In this document: piece after piece, positions 12,555 through 26,234 of the stretch
Numbering within the stretch: position 1 is the first letter of the stretch
Layout of the letters: every line of letters begins with the position of its first letter
From: Octopus vulgaris
Lineage: Eukaryota
Direction of reading: 5' to 3'
DNA length: 64,000 nt
Assembly (NCBI GenBank): GCA_951406725.2
Contig: OX597815.1
Span: 17,484,001-17,548,000 of the forward strand
Position numbers and translations under genes: made by a program
Notes under the pieces: model-generated
The model's database searches: none
The model's input: only the letters and a program-made list of their open reading frames with translations
Told to the model about the DNA's origin: nothing

Positions 12555-12599
12555 AAGCATCTGTTCAATGCTTCATGTATTATGAAATAGTTTCAACAA

Positions 12600-13260
12600 A
12601 GCTCTTGCAATTAAGTGCTTATCTGCTTTTATCATTTCTCCTGTATCCAGAAGCCTTCCTGAGCTTTATTTTTAACAGCTCGATGACCCTTCTTACTACT
12701 TCAAAAGGTATTTCATGGACAGCCACTTCCAGCTCCTCTTGATCGTTTCTCCTATTAAACGTATTTTTCATGTCTGTATTAAAATGTTCTCTCCATTTCT
12801 TTACTTGTTTATACCACGTGTTATTAGTTCCCTCATCAATAAAGAACTGTGGTAGTCTTTTTTGATCTCTTTGCTTTGCCTGTAATCCCATTTATTATTT
12901 CATAAGCTTTTCTAATTCCTCTACTGTCTCCTGCATCGAGGAATTTATCTGCTTCATCGGCTTTCATTTTCATGAATCTTCTTTTATCGCTTCTTCAACA
13001 ACTTTTTCACCTTTCTATTGAGACTCCAGCATTTAGCTATACAATTTTAAATCCATTCGATTCCCTCTGCAAATTTAAGAATTTTATTTTATTTTACTTC
13101 TTTCGTGTCACAATAACCTCCCATCTTTCATCCGCGATCTATTTCGTTCATTTTATTTTTCCTTAACCCCCACAAATACCTTTTTGTTAGTTTCCCCGCA
13201 TTCTACTTTATTACATTCTTCCATAAGCCATTGATGTTTATATCTTCATCTATAGATTTG
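12600..13260 (-). pseudogene. Decayed LINE ORF2 endonuclease-RT linker (RTE/CR1-like)
   Basis: KWREHFN..EVVRRVIELLK..KASG in ORF 12619..12891. Confidence 0.5.
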
Positions 13261-13668
13261 TGCATTGCAAATCGTTTTAGATATTCAATTACAAACTCGT
13301 GGATATAAATCCGAGTACATTTGTCTTCCACACACACGTGTGTGTATATGTATGCGTACGTGTGTAGTGTGTGTACGCGTATGCGTGTATATGCATGTAG
13401 TGTGTGTCTGCGAGTAGTACAGTTTGATGATTTGCAGCATTTCGTGTTCTACGGCATTGCTGGTAAGTTATGGTGGGAGCTACTTTAAGTTTATTGTTTT
13501 GGGGAAAAGGTTCTCGGTGATTGATATAAAGTTTGGGTAAGTGAACTACTGCATATAGAAAAGTGTAGAACGATGTGCGTGTGGCTGGCTGGCTGGCTAT
13601 CTCCATATATGTGTACATAAGTACGCACACTCATGTATAACTCAAGCCAAATGCAAGGCGACTGAGTG

Positions 13669-13711
13669 ACTTCGAATCCGGAGTTTCGCCAATACTGGCA
13701 TATTCAGAAGT
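13669..13711 (-). ncRNA. Degenerate minimal hammerhead ribozyme motif
   Basis: ACTTC-TGAATA-T-GCCA gtat TGGC-GAAA-CTCCGGA-TTC-GAAGT; stems intact but core mutated. Confidence 0.45.
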
Positions 13712-13927
13712 GCGAAAACTTTGAAGTCACAACCACTGTGAAATTCATAGCATTTTTGAAACACGTCTAGTGAATCCTTTGTTGCTTATTGTCATCTGGA
13801 TCTGTGAACTTTACTATAAAGTGCAACACATAGACGCACACTCACACAACTCATGTGTATATAATTGTGTGTATCAATATATATATATATATATATAGAA
13901 GATTCTAAGTGTGTGTGAGTATATACA

Positions 13928-14157
13928 TGGCGTGCTGGCAGAAACGTTAGCACGCCGGGTGAAATGCGTAGCCGTATTTCGTCTGCCGTTACGTTCTGAG
14001 TTCAAATTCCGCCGAGGTCGACTTTGCCTTTCATCCTTTCGGGGGGCGATAAATTAAGTACCAGTTACGCACTGGGGTCGATCTAATCAACTTAATCCGT
14101 TTGTCTCTCCTTGTTTGTCCCCTCTGTGTTTAGCCCCTTGTGGGTAGTAAAGAAATA
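13928..14157 (+). mobile_element. SINE A monomer
   Basis: Head to tail match with family A. Confidence 0.92.
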
Positions 14158-15766
14158 TATATATACGTATGAACAAATACACATCGTGCATGAATGTATA
14201 ATGCTAACACTTGTGTGAGTAAATATATACAGTTGATTCATTATGCATGCATGTGTGTTTGTATGAATATATTTAAATTTGTGCCAAGAAATATATATGT
14301 AGTGCAGTATCTAGATGCATCAATAGTTATGGAAACGAAGGTCTTCGTATCATGGTAATGTAGAAAGAAAAGAGATGAAAGAATTTGTGATGCAACGAAA
14401 GAAACTATGTAATTTGAATAAAAGTAGTTTAGCTGTAATCAACTAAGATATTAACCACAACTGACCTTTCAGTTCTTATGAGCTGCACATTGAAATTAAA
14501 ATGGACAGCTTTGCTAAGATCTTAGACGCCACCAGCTTTGGTAAACAAACTGTCAATAGAAATAATAGCGGAAAAGTAAAATAAAAATGTGATAAGTTAC
14601 AGAATCGGTTTCTCTTTCAGCTAAGTAATCTTTCGAGACAAAACAAACCTGAAAGCTGAAAAGTTAATAAACATTGCTCTCCTCTTTGTTCCTATCGTTT
14701 CTGCTAGAGTATTCGTCGTTTGCTAATGACGACTTCTTAAACATTGCCTTGTGAATTACTTATTGTCGACAGAAACCTGGCATGAAATAAATCTCATCGG
14801 GGAATATCTTATTAAAAATTCCGTGGAAGATCTCAAAAGTCTTTCTCTTCGACGGTTACAAATTAAAACATGAATAATTTTCCATCAGTTGGAACGAAAA
14901 GATTTTCAGACAACTTAATATGATATGAAATGGCTGCAAATTATCTCTAAACTTTTTTTAAATTTGGTTTTACTTCAAAATTAGTAATGTTGTTGTATAG
15001 TTTCGCTAATGTTTCTATACTCGGACACATCAGCATCACTTATATTTCTATAATACAATGCAATCAATTTTGTGACGAAAAAAATATTTCGCGAAATCTG
15101 CCGCAAACCGTTTCTGCATCAAACAAATGCCTTGATGACGGCATTGAAACTCTGTAACTTCCAACATATGATTCTTGGTATAGCTGTAGGCGAGGGTATT
15201 TTCCATTAACCAAACAATCTAAACCTATTAATGGTACATGACTTTTGCACGGTATATGATTAATGTATTGATTTCTAGGACAAAATAAATGCCGTACATT
15301 TTATAAAGGAAGTGAATAATGTTTATGCCTTTCTCTATACTATTTTGAAGTGGGTAAAATGAGGTGGTTCCGAGCGGCAATCGAAATCACTTCACGGACT
15401 GGGGCTTGTTTCTTGCTGCACAGATAATTAACATTGATTTATTGCTTTCGTTTACCTGATTTCTCATTATGACTTCGTTCTCATCAGTAAATAGCTGTTT
15501 GTTTAACCACTTCCCGTTTTTGACGCAATGGACTTCATGTCAAAGAATCTTATTACCACAGTACACCAGTACACACACACACATAAATATATACATATGT
15601 ACATGATATGTACATGTGTGTAAGAATCGAGTTCTCAATCAGTAAAAATAACTTGTTGGATAAGCCACCGTTAAGGTGGAGCTTGGAGTCCTAATGACCT
15701 CAGAGTTTATATATATATTTATATATATATATATATATACATACATACATACATGTGTGTGTGTAT

Positions 15767-15970
15767 ATTACTTTATTATATAATTAGGGTTCAGCCCCCC
15801 CCCCAAAAAAAAAAAATTCGGTGTGTGGTAAAGCAATTTATTATTTTTTTTTTGCTGAACCCTAATTATATAAAGTAATGTTTAAATTTACTGTAAATGG
15901 TCCTTTTACATACTGAACACTGCTTGGTAAAATTATTTATTACTAATTAAGTTTACCCTTATTATTATTG
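15767..15970 (+). repeat. Family F repeat with inverted 5' arm
   Basis: Inverted repeat 15767-15795 / 15854-15879; TA/TG microsatellites on both sides. Confidence 0.75.
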
Positions 15971-16869
15971 ACTATATATATATATATATATATGTATGTA
16001 TATAAACAACGTTATACGTTTCTCTAACGATATTATGGTGATATAAAGTGATAGGCTCGTCTAAGCAACGTTTATTCAAATAAGTATTCTTTAATAAATT
16101 CTGAAGAAAATGCATATTAGAAGGAAATACTAGTGTCAGCTTTGACAGTGAATAAGAAAAAAAATGTGAGGAAACCGAAGAGAAAACTCCAGTACATTAC
16201 ATCTGTTGAATTCACGATTTTACTCGCTTAAACTTTTGACAAGGCTTGTCAAATATATAAATAAGTATAAATAAGTAGATAAATAAAAGAAATGTTAATA
16301 TCATTATTGTAGAAAGCAACGAGAGCAGGTCACCTTGATATAATATATTCGAACAGTTTTCAATGGAATTTTAATCGATTTTCTGAAACTGCGTCTCTTG
16401 TCCGGACAGTATTGACATTTGGCACTTAAGCTAAAAAACAATCGAAGACTAAACTAGATCCTATATTTGGAGTGACATATAACATGTAAGCTAAGGAGTG
16501 TACAATACCGTGTGTAAGTCAATAAAAACCATCGAACACACATTTATAATTCTCTGAATATAACCATCCTTACTGAAGACTTAATTGTCCAACACTCTAT
16601 CTTCTGGCACTTGCTGTTTAAAACTTTTGAAATACATGACAGGACCACTTATACGAAACACTACTTAAATGACAACGACGTAGATGAGGCTTTCCACACA
16701 TTAGCAGATTACGCACCAAGGGCGATTACGAATTTATAGATCGAGTTTCTTGAAAAGTGTGTGGTTATGGAGAATTTCATAGCAAAACTACACGTCTACC
16801 TAATTGTAAAATAATAATTCAAATATTATATTTCGATTTTGGAATCATGTTATATGTATATACACATAA

Positions 16870-17900
16870 AAAAATTAATACATATGTGTGTGTATATGTA
16901 TGTATATATGTGTATATGTATATATATGTATATATATATATATATATACATACGTATATGTGTGTGTATATGTATATATATATATATACACATGTATATA
17001 TATATATATATATGTATATGCGTATATATATGTATATGCATATATTTACACATGTATATATATATATATGTATATGCGTATATATATATGTATATGCGTA
17101 TATATATATGTATATGCATATATATATATACACATGTATATATATATACACATGTATATATATATGTATATGCATATATATATACACATGTATATAAATA
17201 TGTATATGCATATATATATATACACACACATATATATATATATATATATACATGTATATATATGTATATGCATATATATATATACACACATATATATATA
17301 TACATGTATATATATGTATATGCATATATATATATACACATATATATATATATATATACATGTATATATGTATATGCATATATATATATACATGTATATA
17401 TATGTATATGCATATATATATATACATGTATATATATGTATATGCATATATATATATACATGTATATATATGTATATGCATATATATATATACACACATA
17501 TATATATATATATATCATATATACACACACACACATATATATATATATATCATATATACACACACACACATATATATACACACACATATATATGCGTGTG
17601 TGTGTATATATATATATATATATACATATATATGCGTGTGTATATATGTATATCTATGTATATATATGTATATATATATGGGTATATATGCGTGTATATA
17701 TGTGTGTATATATGTGTGTATATATATGTGTATATATTTATATGTATATATATTTGTATTTGTGTATATATTTATATGTATATATATATGTGTATATATT
17801 TATACGTATGTGTATATATTTATACGTATATGTATATATTTATATGTATATGCATATATGTTTATATGTGTTTGTATGTATATACACACACATTTATTCA
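16870..17900. repeat. Long (TA)n/(TG)n/(CA)n compound tract with higher-order unit
   Basis: Recurrent CATGTATATATATGTATATGCATATATATATA unit; source of all ORFs at 16757-18000. Confidence 0.97.
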
Positions 17901-18500
17901 CTTTTACCTGTGTATATATGTTCATAACACTATAATCGAAGTAAAAATATATACATATATGCATTCATTTATGTTTATCAAGTTAATATTACGCGTGTAA
18001 GTATTCATTCTTTACTTACTTACAGATTTAAGCACACGCATTTATTCAAATAAACACAGAAATAGACATTTTTTTGCAAGATAATCTTATGTCTTTCCAA
18101 ATATGTCAAAGCAAAATCAGTTTGATAGGGCCCATATTTCTCTAGGATTACACGCTATGACTGAAACATAAGACAGAGTTGTATATACATACACCAACAA
18201 CTCATATACACCCACATCTACATATTTACGTAAAGGTACATCCACATCTTATACATACAAAAAACACGTATTCATGTATAACTAAATGTAAGAGCAAATT
18301 TAAATAAACTGGCATAAATATACGACAGTGTTCAAAAACGGACCCCTAAATGTTTGTTTGACTGATACTTTATTTTATCGACCTTGAAAGGATCAAAGAG
18401 AAAGTCGACCTCGACGAAATTTTAACTTTGGTAGTAAAGTCGGGCGAAATGACGCTAGACATTTTGTCCGATCCGGTCTGGTATGGAATCTGCCCGCTCG

Positions 18501-18736
18501 GGATCTTTTCACTTTGACCGGCAGTAATTGTATTCACCTCAATAGACGTCATCGATTGGCTGAAATTGCCGAAATACGAGAAATTTAACAACAACATAGC
18601 TTACAAACCACAGAATTTTCTCAAGAACGCCAAGAGAAAAAGATGTTTTATGTGACATATTCTACCAGTAGACGAAGTTTAAAAGTGTTTAGTTACAAAG
18701 AAATTATTTTTTAAATCTGCCGGTCAAAGTGAAAAG
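18501..18736. mobile_element. MITE family D variant
   Basis: TIR GGATCTTTTCACTTTGACCGGCAG ... CTGCCGGTCAAAGTGAAAAG; interior homologous to family D. Confidence 0.8.
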
Positions 18737-19007
18737 TATATAAGTATATATATGTACACCAGCATCACCAACAAAAGGTAAAAAGGAGGACAAAATAGGC
18801 ATAATAGAGGGCCGGTGGCAAAAAAGTACAACAGCATTACCTACAAAAGTTTAAAAAAAAGAAAGGAGGAAGAAATGGACATTAGAGAGAGCTGGCAGCA
18901 AGGATGTGCAATAGAATTACTAACAAAAGGACAAAAAATCTTGCCCGGACAACCCAGATTTGCAGCAGAAACGAGCAGTCGAGAAGCCGAAGAAGAACAA
19001 GTGATAT

Positions 19008-19315
19008 CCTGTCTACTATAGGCACAAGGCCTGAAATTGTGGGGGAAGGGGACTAATCGATTACATCGACTCCAGTGGTTTAAAATATATATTTCTTTAC
19101 TACCCACAAGGGGCTAAACACATAGGGGACAAACAAGGACAGACAAATGGATTACGTCGACCCCAGTGCGTAACTGGTACTTAATTTATCGACCCCGAAA
19201 GGATGAAAGGTAAAGTCGACCTCGGCGGAATTTGAACTCAGAACGTAGCGGTGTGCAAAATACTGCTAAGCATTTCATCCAGCGTGCTAACGATTCTGCC
19301 AGCTCGCCGACATAT
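19008..19315 (-). mobile_element. Composite SINE A (alternative-tail copy with a replaced middle)
   Basis: 16-bp TSD GAAGAACAAGTGATAT at 18992-19007 and 19316-19331. Confidence 0.88.
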
Positions 19316-20779
19316 GAAGAACAAGTGATATATGGTAACATACGCAAAAAGTACGGCCATAGAGAGGAGAATTACAAAATTCAAATCGGTAATAAGGGCA
19401 AGATAACCAGTAGAGCTGTATATAGAAAATGTAAAAGGAATTGTGATAGACCGAGAGAGGTACGGGAAACTGAGCGATTTGTTCGGAAACGGTATAGACT
19501 CATTGGGAGCAGAGGTGGAGTTTGATGAATTACCGCCTGTTGTGGAGTACAAAGATTTAGAACCATTTATGAACTTCTAAAAGTAAGACGTACAAATTGA
19601 ATAGACTATAAATATGATACTAAAAGGGAAAAAAAAAGGAAAAAAGAGAAAGAAAAATGATAAAAACTGTTAAAATATCTAAATGGTACTGCTTGAGATT
19701 CGGGTTCAATGTAGTCATTTCATCACCATTAATTTTATTCATCCTTCATTAGTTCGTTTTATGTTTTATTTTGTCCCCACTGTGGTGTTCTGTCTGTCCT
19801 TGTGCTGTCCCCTCTGTGGCATGGCCTGCGTGCCAAATAAAAGAGATAGTACAGTGTAGTGTATGTAGTTGCATTTGTGAAGGCAGTCGTAGAAGTTGTT
19901 GAGGAGAGATATAAGTTACTTACGTATTTGATCCTGATTTAGAATTTGCAGTGTTATAACACTGTTACAGTGTAGTTTACATCCAAACCCAAAGATATAA
20001 TAAATACCTTAACTCTAAACTACACACATTTTTATATCAGACGATAGACCTCTTGTACATTGATTACTTATATTGCGACACAGCTGAAAGAACCCATCTC
20101 TTTCTTCTTTTATGAATACAATTTCTTTCGCATGTGATAAAACTTTTATTCGTTAACAGACCTCCACTGAAAATCCTCATATGAATAGAAAAACGGTGTA
20201 TTGCATAACTTTGAAAATTCTTTCTTTCAAAAGGATGCGGTTCTGATTAATCAAATTTCAAATAAAATTCAGATGTCACGAGTATCATCTGGAAAATTTC
20301 AATTCTCATTGTTTTGAACGATTTATGAAACATTATACTGAGATATCTCTTTCCAAACATGTATTTTAAATGTTTTGATATATGATTGTGAAACACTCGG
20401 GCGGTTTTTAGCAAAATCTTCTGAGATAAATTTTTGCACATACCTTGGAGAAGCTTTGTGAGGTCGTTCTGGATATAGTTGATGTTAAAAGAAAAGAAAT
20501 TCTCTTACGATATAGCATACTGAGGTGGACAGGCCATGTAATTCATGCGGGAGAATTCTAATGCTTCTCCTCTATAGAGAATTATTAGCATTTCTCAAAA
20601 GATTCGGATTTTCAATTCACTTTCGATACCGAGGTCGATTTTTGCCTTTCCTTCATAAGGCAAAGTCGACCTCGGTGACATTGAACCCGGGACAGAAAGA
20701 CAAAAAAAAAATGCCACCAAGCAATTTGTCAGGCGTGCTAATGTTTCAGCCAGCTTACTCGCATTCACATAATAATAAT

Positions 20780-21005
20780 AATAATAATAATGGTTTCAAA
20801 TTTTGCTGCAAGGGCAACCATTTTGGGAGAGGGGATTAGTCCATTACATTGACCCTAGAGTTTCACTGGTACTTAATTTATCAACCCCGAAAGGATGACA
20901 AGCAATGTCCACCGCGGCATAATTTGAACCCAGGAAACGAAGACGGATGAAATACTGCTAAGCATTTCGCCCGGCGTGCTAACGATTTGTGAGCTCGCCG
21001 CCTTA
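20780..21005 (-). mobile_element. SINE A, alternative (TAA)n-tailed variant, diverged
   Basis: Family A head and body with different 3' tail. Confidence 0.75.
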
Positions 21006-21215
21006 AATAATAATAATAGTAATAATGATAATAATAATAAAAATAATAATTGCAATCTTCCATCCTTCTTCCAAAAATAGTGGTTCTACCACAGAACCAC
21101 TATTATTGCAATTATTATTATTATTATTATCATTATTATTATTATTATTATTGTTGTTATTACTACTACTACTATTATTATTATTGTTGTTATTACTACT
21201 ACTATTATTATTATA
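21005..21215. repeat. (TAA)n/(TTA)n microsatellites
   Basis: Direct reading. Confidence 0.95.
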
Positions 21216-21227
21216 TTTGTTGTTGGA

Positions 21228-21380
21228 TTGACATGTGGGTTGAGCATACTCAGAAAACTGCTTTATTGGGTACAACAAGGATTTGGGGATTGGTACTTGA
21301 ATGTTAAGTATCGTGGAAGAGACCCTGTGAGATCCTTGACAACATGTCCGCTCTTACAGAATTAACCGTAGCAAGTGAAA
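21228..21380 (+). pseudogene. 3' end of R4/Dong-like RLE retrotransposon
   Basis: EHTQKTALLGTTRIWGLVLEC* matches the QKxALLGTARILRxVL C-terminal motif. Confidence 0.7.
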
Positions 21381-22059
21381 TCAAGAGCTCTGAGAAGTGA
21401 AATGGAAAACATTAATAATAATAGTTATAAATACTATTTCTTTTATTTTCCATAAATGCATCAGATAAACGGGACATTGCAAAGAAAGTTTACAATTTGC
21501 ATGAGGGTTTACACAAAAGATGACAAAATGAAAGGAAGAAGAGCGGGAAAATGAGATGAAAGAATACATAGTACACAAAATATGTGAACACATAAGTGAT
21601 GCAGTCCTCTTGATACAGGAGAACTTCAGTCTAGAGCCAATCAAAGAATTCCATAAATCCAGGATCACTAAGGACCAAATCTTAACCCAACTCTAATTCC
21701 CACCATCCATACAGTGTAAAGAGAAGGATTGCTCAGTGCCTAAAACATCAAGCAAAGAATATAAGTAACGATCTTGATACACACCACGAAGAAATTATCA
21801 AGCTCAGTAACAATCTATTAAGCAACAACAACAAAAAACATACTATCCACTCCAATTATGAAGAGTAGAGATGATGAAACCCATAAACTGACAACAGTCT
21901 GTTTTCCCTATGTGAAAGTATGTCTATAAGTGCATACTTAAAGTAGGTTTATTCGCCCCAACCGTTTCTGCTAGTCATCTACCTTTTGACAAATTAACTG
22001 GGACAAACTACTTACCCCTCCGCTCTGACATTCCTTTTCAAGTGGAACTTTTTAAAAAA

Positions 22060-22540
22060 AATCAGTGATAGTTCGACCGAAGAGGTAGATGTCTTTCCTC
22101 ACTCTTATCCACTATACAGCCCTCTTTAGCCATAGCCAATAAACAAGAACACTGTCTGCCCTGCTCTGCTGGAGGTGAGTGGTGGGCGACCCTTACGATA
22201 AATTCGGCCAATAGTCGGATTCGTCCTACACATGACAACAACTGTTCGACGTAACTCCTGAAATCAGCAATCCTCGATTTTGCAAGAGTGCATACAATAC
22301 GATTTCGTCGCTTTGCGCACGTTTCGGGCAATCCCACCTGGCGGCAATCACGTGTCCATTGCGTTTACCTTCAATCTGGCAGTGTCCCTCGATAGATTCC
22401 AGGCTAGCTATCTCCAGAAGTTATCCATGACGTTCACCGGCCCGAAAATCCGTTGAAACATGGCAATTACGTAGCTCGTCTTCGTCGACGCCTAAATTTT
22501 ACCAGAAGACGTCATCGCTCTTATCCACCTCTCGATTTCT
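22060..22540 (-). pseudogene. Tx1/L1-like ORF2 C-terminal fragment
   Basis: MDNFWR*LAW..YRGTLP, decayed knuckle CPKRAQSDEIVLYAL, YVEQLL..LLAMAKE. Confidence 0.6.
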
Positions 22541-22726
22541 ATGTAATGTTGATATTAATAATTCTTTCTGTTATTGGTACAAGGCCAATAAGTTTGAGGG
22601 GAGAAAATCTATCACATCGATCCAGTACTTGATTGGTACTTATGTAAGGGGAAGTCGACTAGAGTAGAATTCGAACTTCGAACGGAAAGAGCTGGAAGAA
22701 ATGATGCAGAGCATTTTATCCTTTTT

Positions 22727-23325
22727 AATAATAATAATAATCCTTTCTATTATAGGCACAAGGCTTGAAATTTAGGGGAGGGAGATAGTCAATTACATCG
22801 ATCCCAGTGCGTAACCGGTACTTAATTCATCGATTCCCGAAAGGATGAAAGGCAAAGTCGACCTTGGTGGAATTTGAACTCAGAACGTAGCGGCAGACGA
22901 AATGCCTATTTCTTTATTACCCACAAGGGGGTTAACCACAGAGAGGACAAACAAGGACAGACAAACGGATTAAGTCGATTATATCGACCCCAGTGCATAA
23001 CTGGTACTTATTTAATCGACCCCCGAAAGGATGAAAGGCAAAGTCGACCTCGGTGGAATTTGAACTCAGAACGTAGCGGCAGACGAAATACCTATTTCTT
23101 TATTACCCACAAGGGGCTAAACACAGAGAGGACAAACAAGGACAGACAAACGGATTAAGTCGATTATATCGACCCCAGTGCGTAACTGGTACTTATTTAA
23201 TCGACCCCGAAAGGATGAAAAGCAAAGTCGACCTCGGCGGAATTTGAACTTTGAACGTAACCGCAGACGAAATACCGTTAAGCATTCCGCCCGGCGTGCT
23301 AACGTTTCTGCCATCTCGCCGCCTT
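22727..23325 (-). mobile_element. SINE A hetero-trimer
   Basis: Standard-tail units at 22907 and 23093 plus a terminal unit with the alternative (TAA)n tail; same junction as other arrays. Confidence 0.9.
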
Positions 23326-24419
23326 TTTAATAAAAATAATAATAATAATAATAAATAATAATGTAGTACTGAATTAGAACTTAATCGCCTGTACAATCTC
23401 CCAATATGTGTGTATCTTGTGATTCCTATAGACACTGTTATTACTGTCATTATATCATGTATAATGCACATAAGGAATTATATATGATCTTAAGATAAAT
23501 ATTTGTAGGAGCATATGAAAAACATGTGTATAGGTGATGTCTATATGCATGTGAGTGTGCATATGCCTATATGTGTATATATGTGCGTGTGTGTGAATAC
23601 AAACAAACACACACATACACACACACACATATCTGTATACATGTGTGTATATATAAGCCTACAAACGTATACATATGTATGTAAACATATAGGTATGCCT
23701 ATATATGTATACATGTGGTTACACACGTGTGTGTCTGTGTGTGTCCACATGTATTTGTGGCGAGGGTACACGTGCGTTTACAAATATCAATAAATGATAA
23801 GATAAGAGTGAAAGTCACTGGCTGAAGACGGGGCGGATGTAAAAAAAATTTCGGGAAGAAACAGAAATATATAGAGAGAGTATCTGAGAGATAAAATAAC
23901 CGTTGGACTGGCAAAGCAGAGAGAAAGAGCTATGGAGAGGGGGGGAGGAGAATGTGGGGAAATAGAAAAGAAAGGAAACTATGGAAAAGCTGATTGATGG
24001 AAGACAAGGATAAGAAGGATAAGGCGCTGGGGCATAAGCGTGAAGCAAGTCAAAGCAATACTTCCTGATTAGATATGACTGAGAACTGTTCGATAGTTTT
24101 AGCAGTGGAACAGGACTGGTATGAGGTGGCTATTTCTGAGGAGTTTAATATTTAAGATGCCTTTTGGCTGAGTCGTAATCGATATATCGAACTGAAGTTA
24201 GCGTCTCGTGTTGTAGAACTGACTGACAAAACAGTTAGTTACATGTGAGCCAGAAATCGGAATTTACCAAAGTTGCCGTTCCCCCTTTTTATTTTATTTT
24301 ATTTTATTTTATTTTATTTTATTTATACATATATTCTTTCTTTATCTTGTTTTTTTTTTTTGTTTTTTGTTTTTTTCAACAGAGAGGTTTCACTGTTGCC
24401 TGCTCGGCCGATGTCTGTG

Positions 24420-24900
24420 AAATGGATCTCTATTGATTAATCGATAAAACCAAATGCCGATAGATCCAGTCTATATTTCGCGTGTTTTTAAGTGATGTTA
24501 GTCAATCAGTGTGTGTTATAACCGTATTGTTCGAAGGTATAGTTATTTAGTACAATACACGATCTATCAGCTTCTGACTGTTTAGGATATTTGGATATTG
24601 TCTGATTTCTTTCTGGGCAATATATATTGTTCACAATACTGAAATCAATTATCTTCGCTTGGTCTTTGACTTCAGAGATTAATCTCTGATCTCCTTTCTT
24701 GTTAATTTAATATTAAAGGAGAATCAGTGCAATTCTTTTAGAATTGGCATTATTTTCTTATTGTGTATCCCATCTAGGAACTGCCAAATTCGCATTAGTT
24801 CTTTATACATTTTAAGTAACCGACTACGAATATACATTTAAACTTCAGTGATTTAAAAATAGACTAAATCCAGAATCTAGATAAACTAATGATTGTCTAC
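24420..24900 (-). pseudogene. Highly decayed PLE-like RT fragment
   Basis: Weak echoes LLKMYKE..RI, IIDFSIVN, VLNNYTFE of PLE RT motifs. Confidence 0.3.
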
Positions 24901-26192
24901 AATTAATCCATGGAATGGCTAGTGGAAAAATTTGCTAAATCAAGTATCTAACGTTTTTGATTCTTTATCTGGTTGAGTAAGAAATTATGTTGTGGTTTTG
25001 GTTGTAGGTAAGCTTTAGACGAACGGCTTTTAAGCATCGAACGAAATACTGTGCGGTGCTTATTCCATTTTTTTCGTTTTTAGTTCACTCTCACCCAAGT
25101 CAGATTTGCCTATCATCTTTCCAGGATCGAAGAATAAATACCAGTCTAGAGTGACGGAATAATTCTAGTGTCGAAGAAAACACCTTGCTGTATTTTATCC
25201 TCGTTCCTTGAGTCATGAATTCAAATCCTAATATGGTCTACTTGAATGTTAGACTTCTCCCTTCTCTCTGATTAACACAGCCATTTAATCAGTGGGTGCC
25301 TTTAGTAGTGTCTACTCTATTGCAAGCAATTTAGATCTGGTCTCATGTTTGAGGATAACTTTCTCTTTCGTCCACTAGTCTTGCAGGCACCATAGGCACT
25401 CCCTTCCACCTGACAAAGCAATAAGAAAAAGTAAGGAAGGAATGAAAGCATGATATGGGGAATAAAATTGAAGGCCAAGAGAAAGAGAGAAAAGGAAACG
25501 GTGTGTGAAGTTAGCAAGGAGAAAGAAGCCGCTAGAATTGGATAGAATTGGAAATGGGAACACACAAAAGTTAATGTCTCAAGCCAGACCGAAAGAGATT
25601 TGACTCAACGTTCTGGATCGTTCGGGTTACCATGTAATCGGCATTGAGTATATAATCTACTATAAATATAGCGTATAAGTCAAAGAGTCAATGCTGTAAA
25701 GCATTGATTCTGGGTATCACGAAGAGCAAATTTTCGAATAAAAGATGGAAGTCCTCAAAGATGGAGTTAAAATTGTTGGCAAGGAAAGAATGTTTAGATT
25801 ATCATTGCTTTGGTCAACACTTGATCGGTGCTGTCTAATGTCCCTGACAACCTTTGTCCATTACCATACTCATTTCTCTGATGTTACATTTGAGGATTAC
25901 TTCCCAGAGCTATATACTTTTATAAATCATATTAAAACTAATGGAACAACGTTTTGTATGTTTTCTGGCTAATTATTGGAGCTTAAATCATTTAGATTAT
26001 TCCTTATAAACTCGAGTCCATTGGGGGTAATCCAGTCAGAAGGCTTTCAGTAAATTGGATGAGTGATGAGATAATCCTAGAAAACTAGAATAAAATGTTT
26101 CAAATTTTCATATCTAGCTAAATGTAAATTCTGTCGGGAATTTCATCGAAACTCACAAAACAAAACAAGAGAAATTAGTTTACAATGGAGCA

Positions 26193-26234
<42 letters not shown>

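Noticed and set aside
15445-15492. CTGATGA..GAAA on minus strand
   Set aside because: No pairable stem II or III; likewise CTGATGAAAC inside the Helitrons
16757-18000. Long ORFs up to 370 aa rich in Y/I/C/M/V/H
   Set aside because: Translations of TA/TG/CA microsatellite, open in many frames; same for 11-319, 50094-50348 and 62955-63391
21003-21307. Poly-N/L/Y ORFs
   Set aside because: (TAA)n microsatellite; only the last codons belong to the RLE fragment
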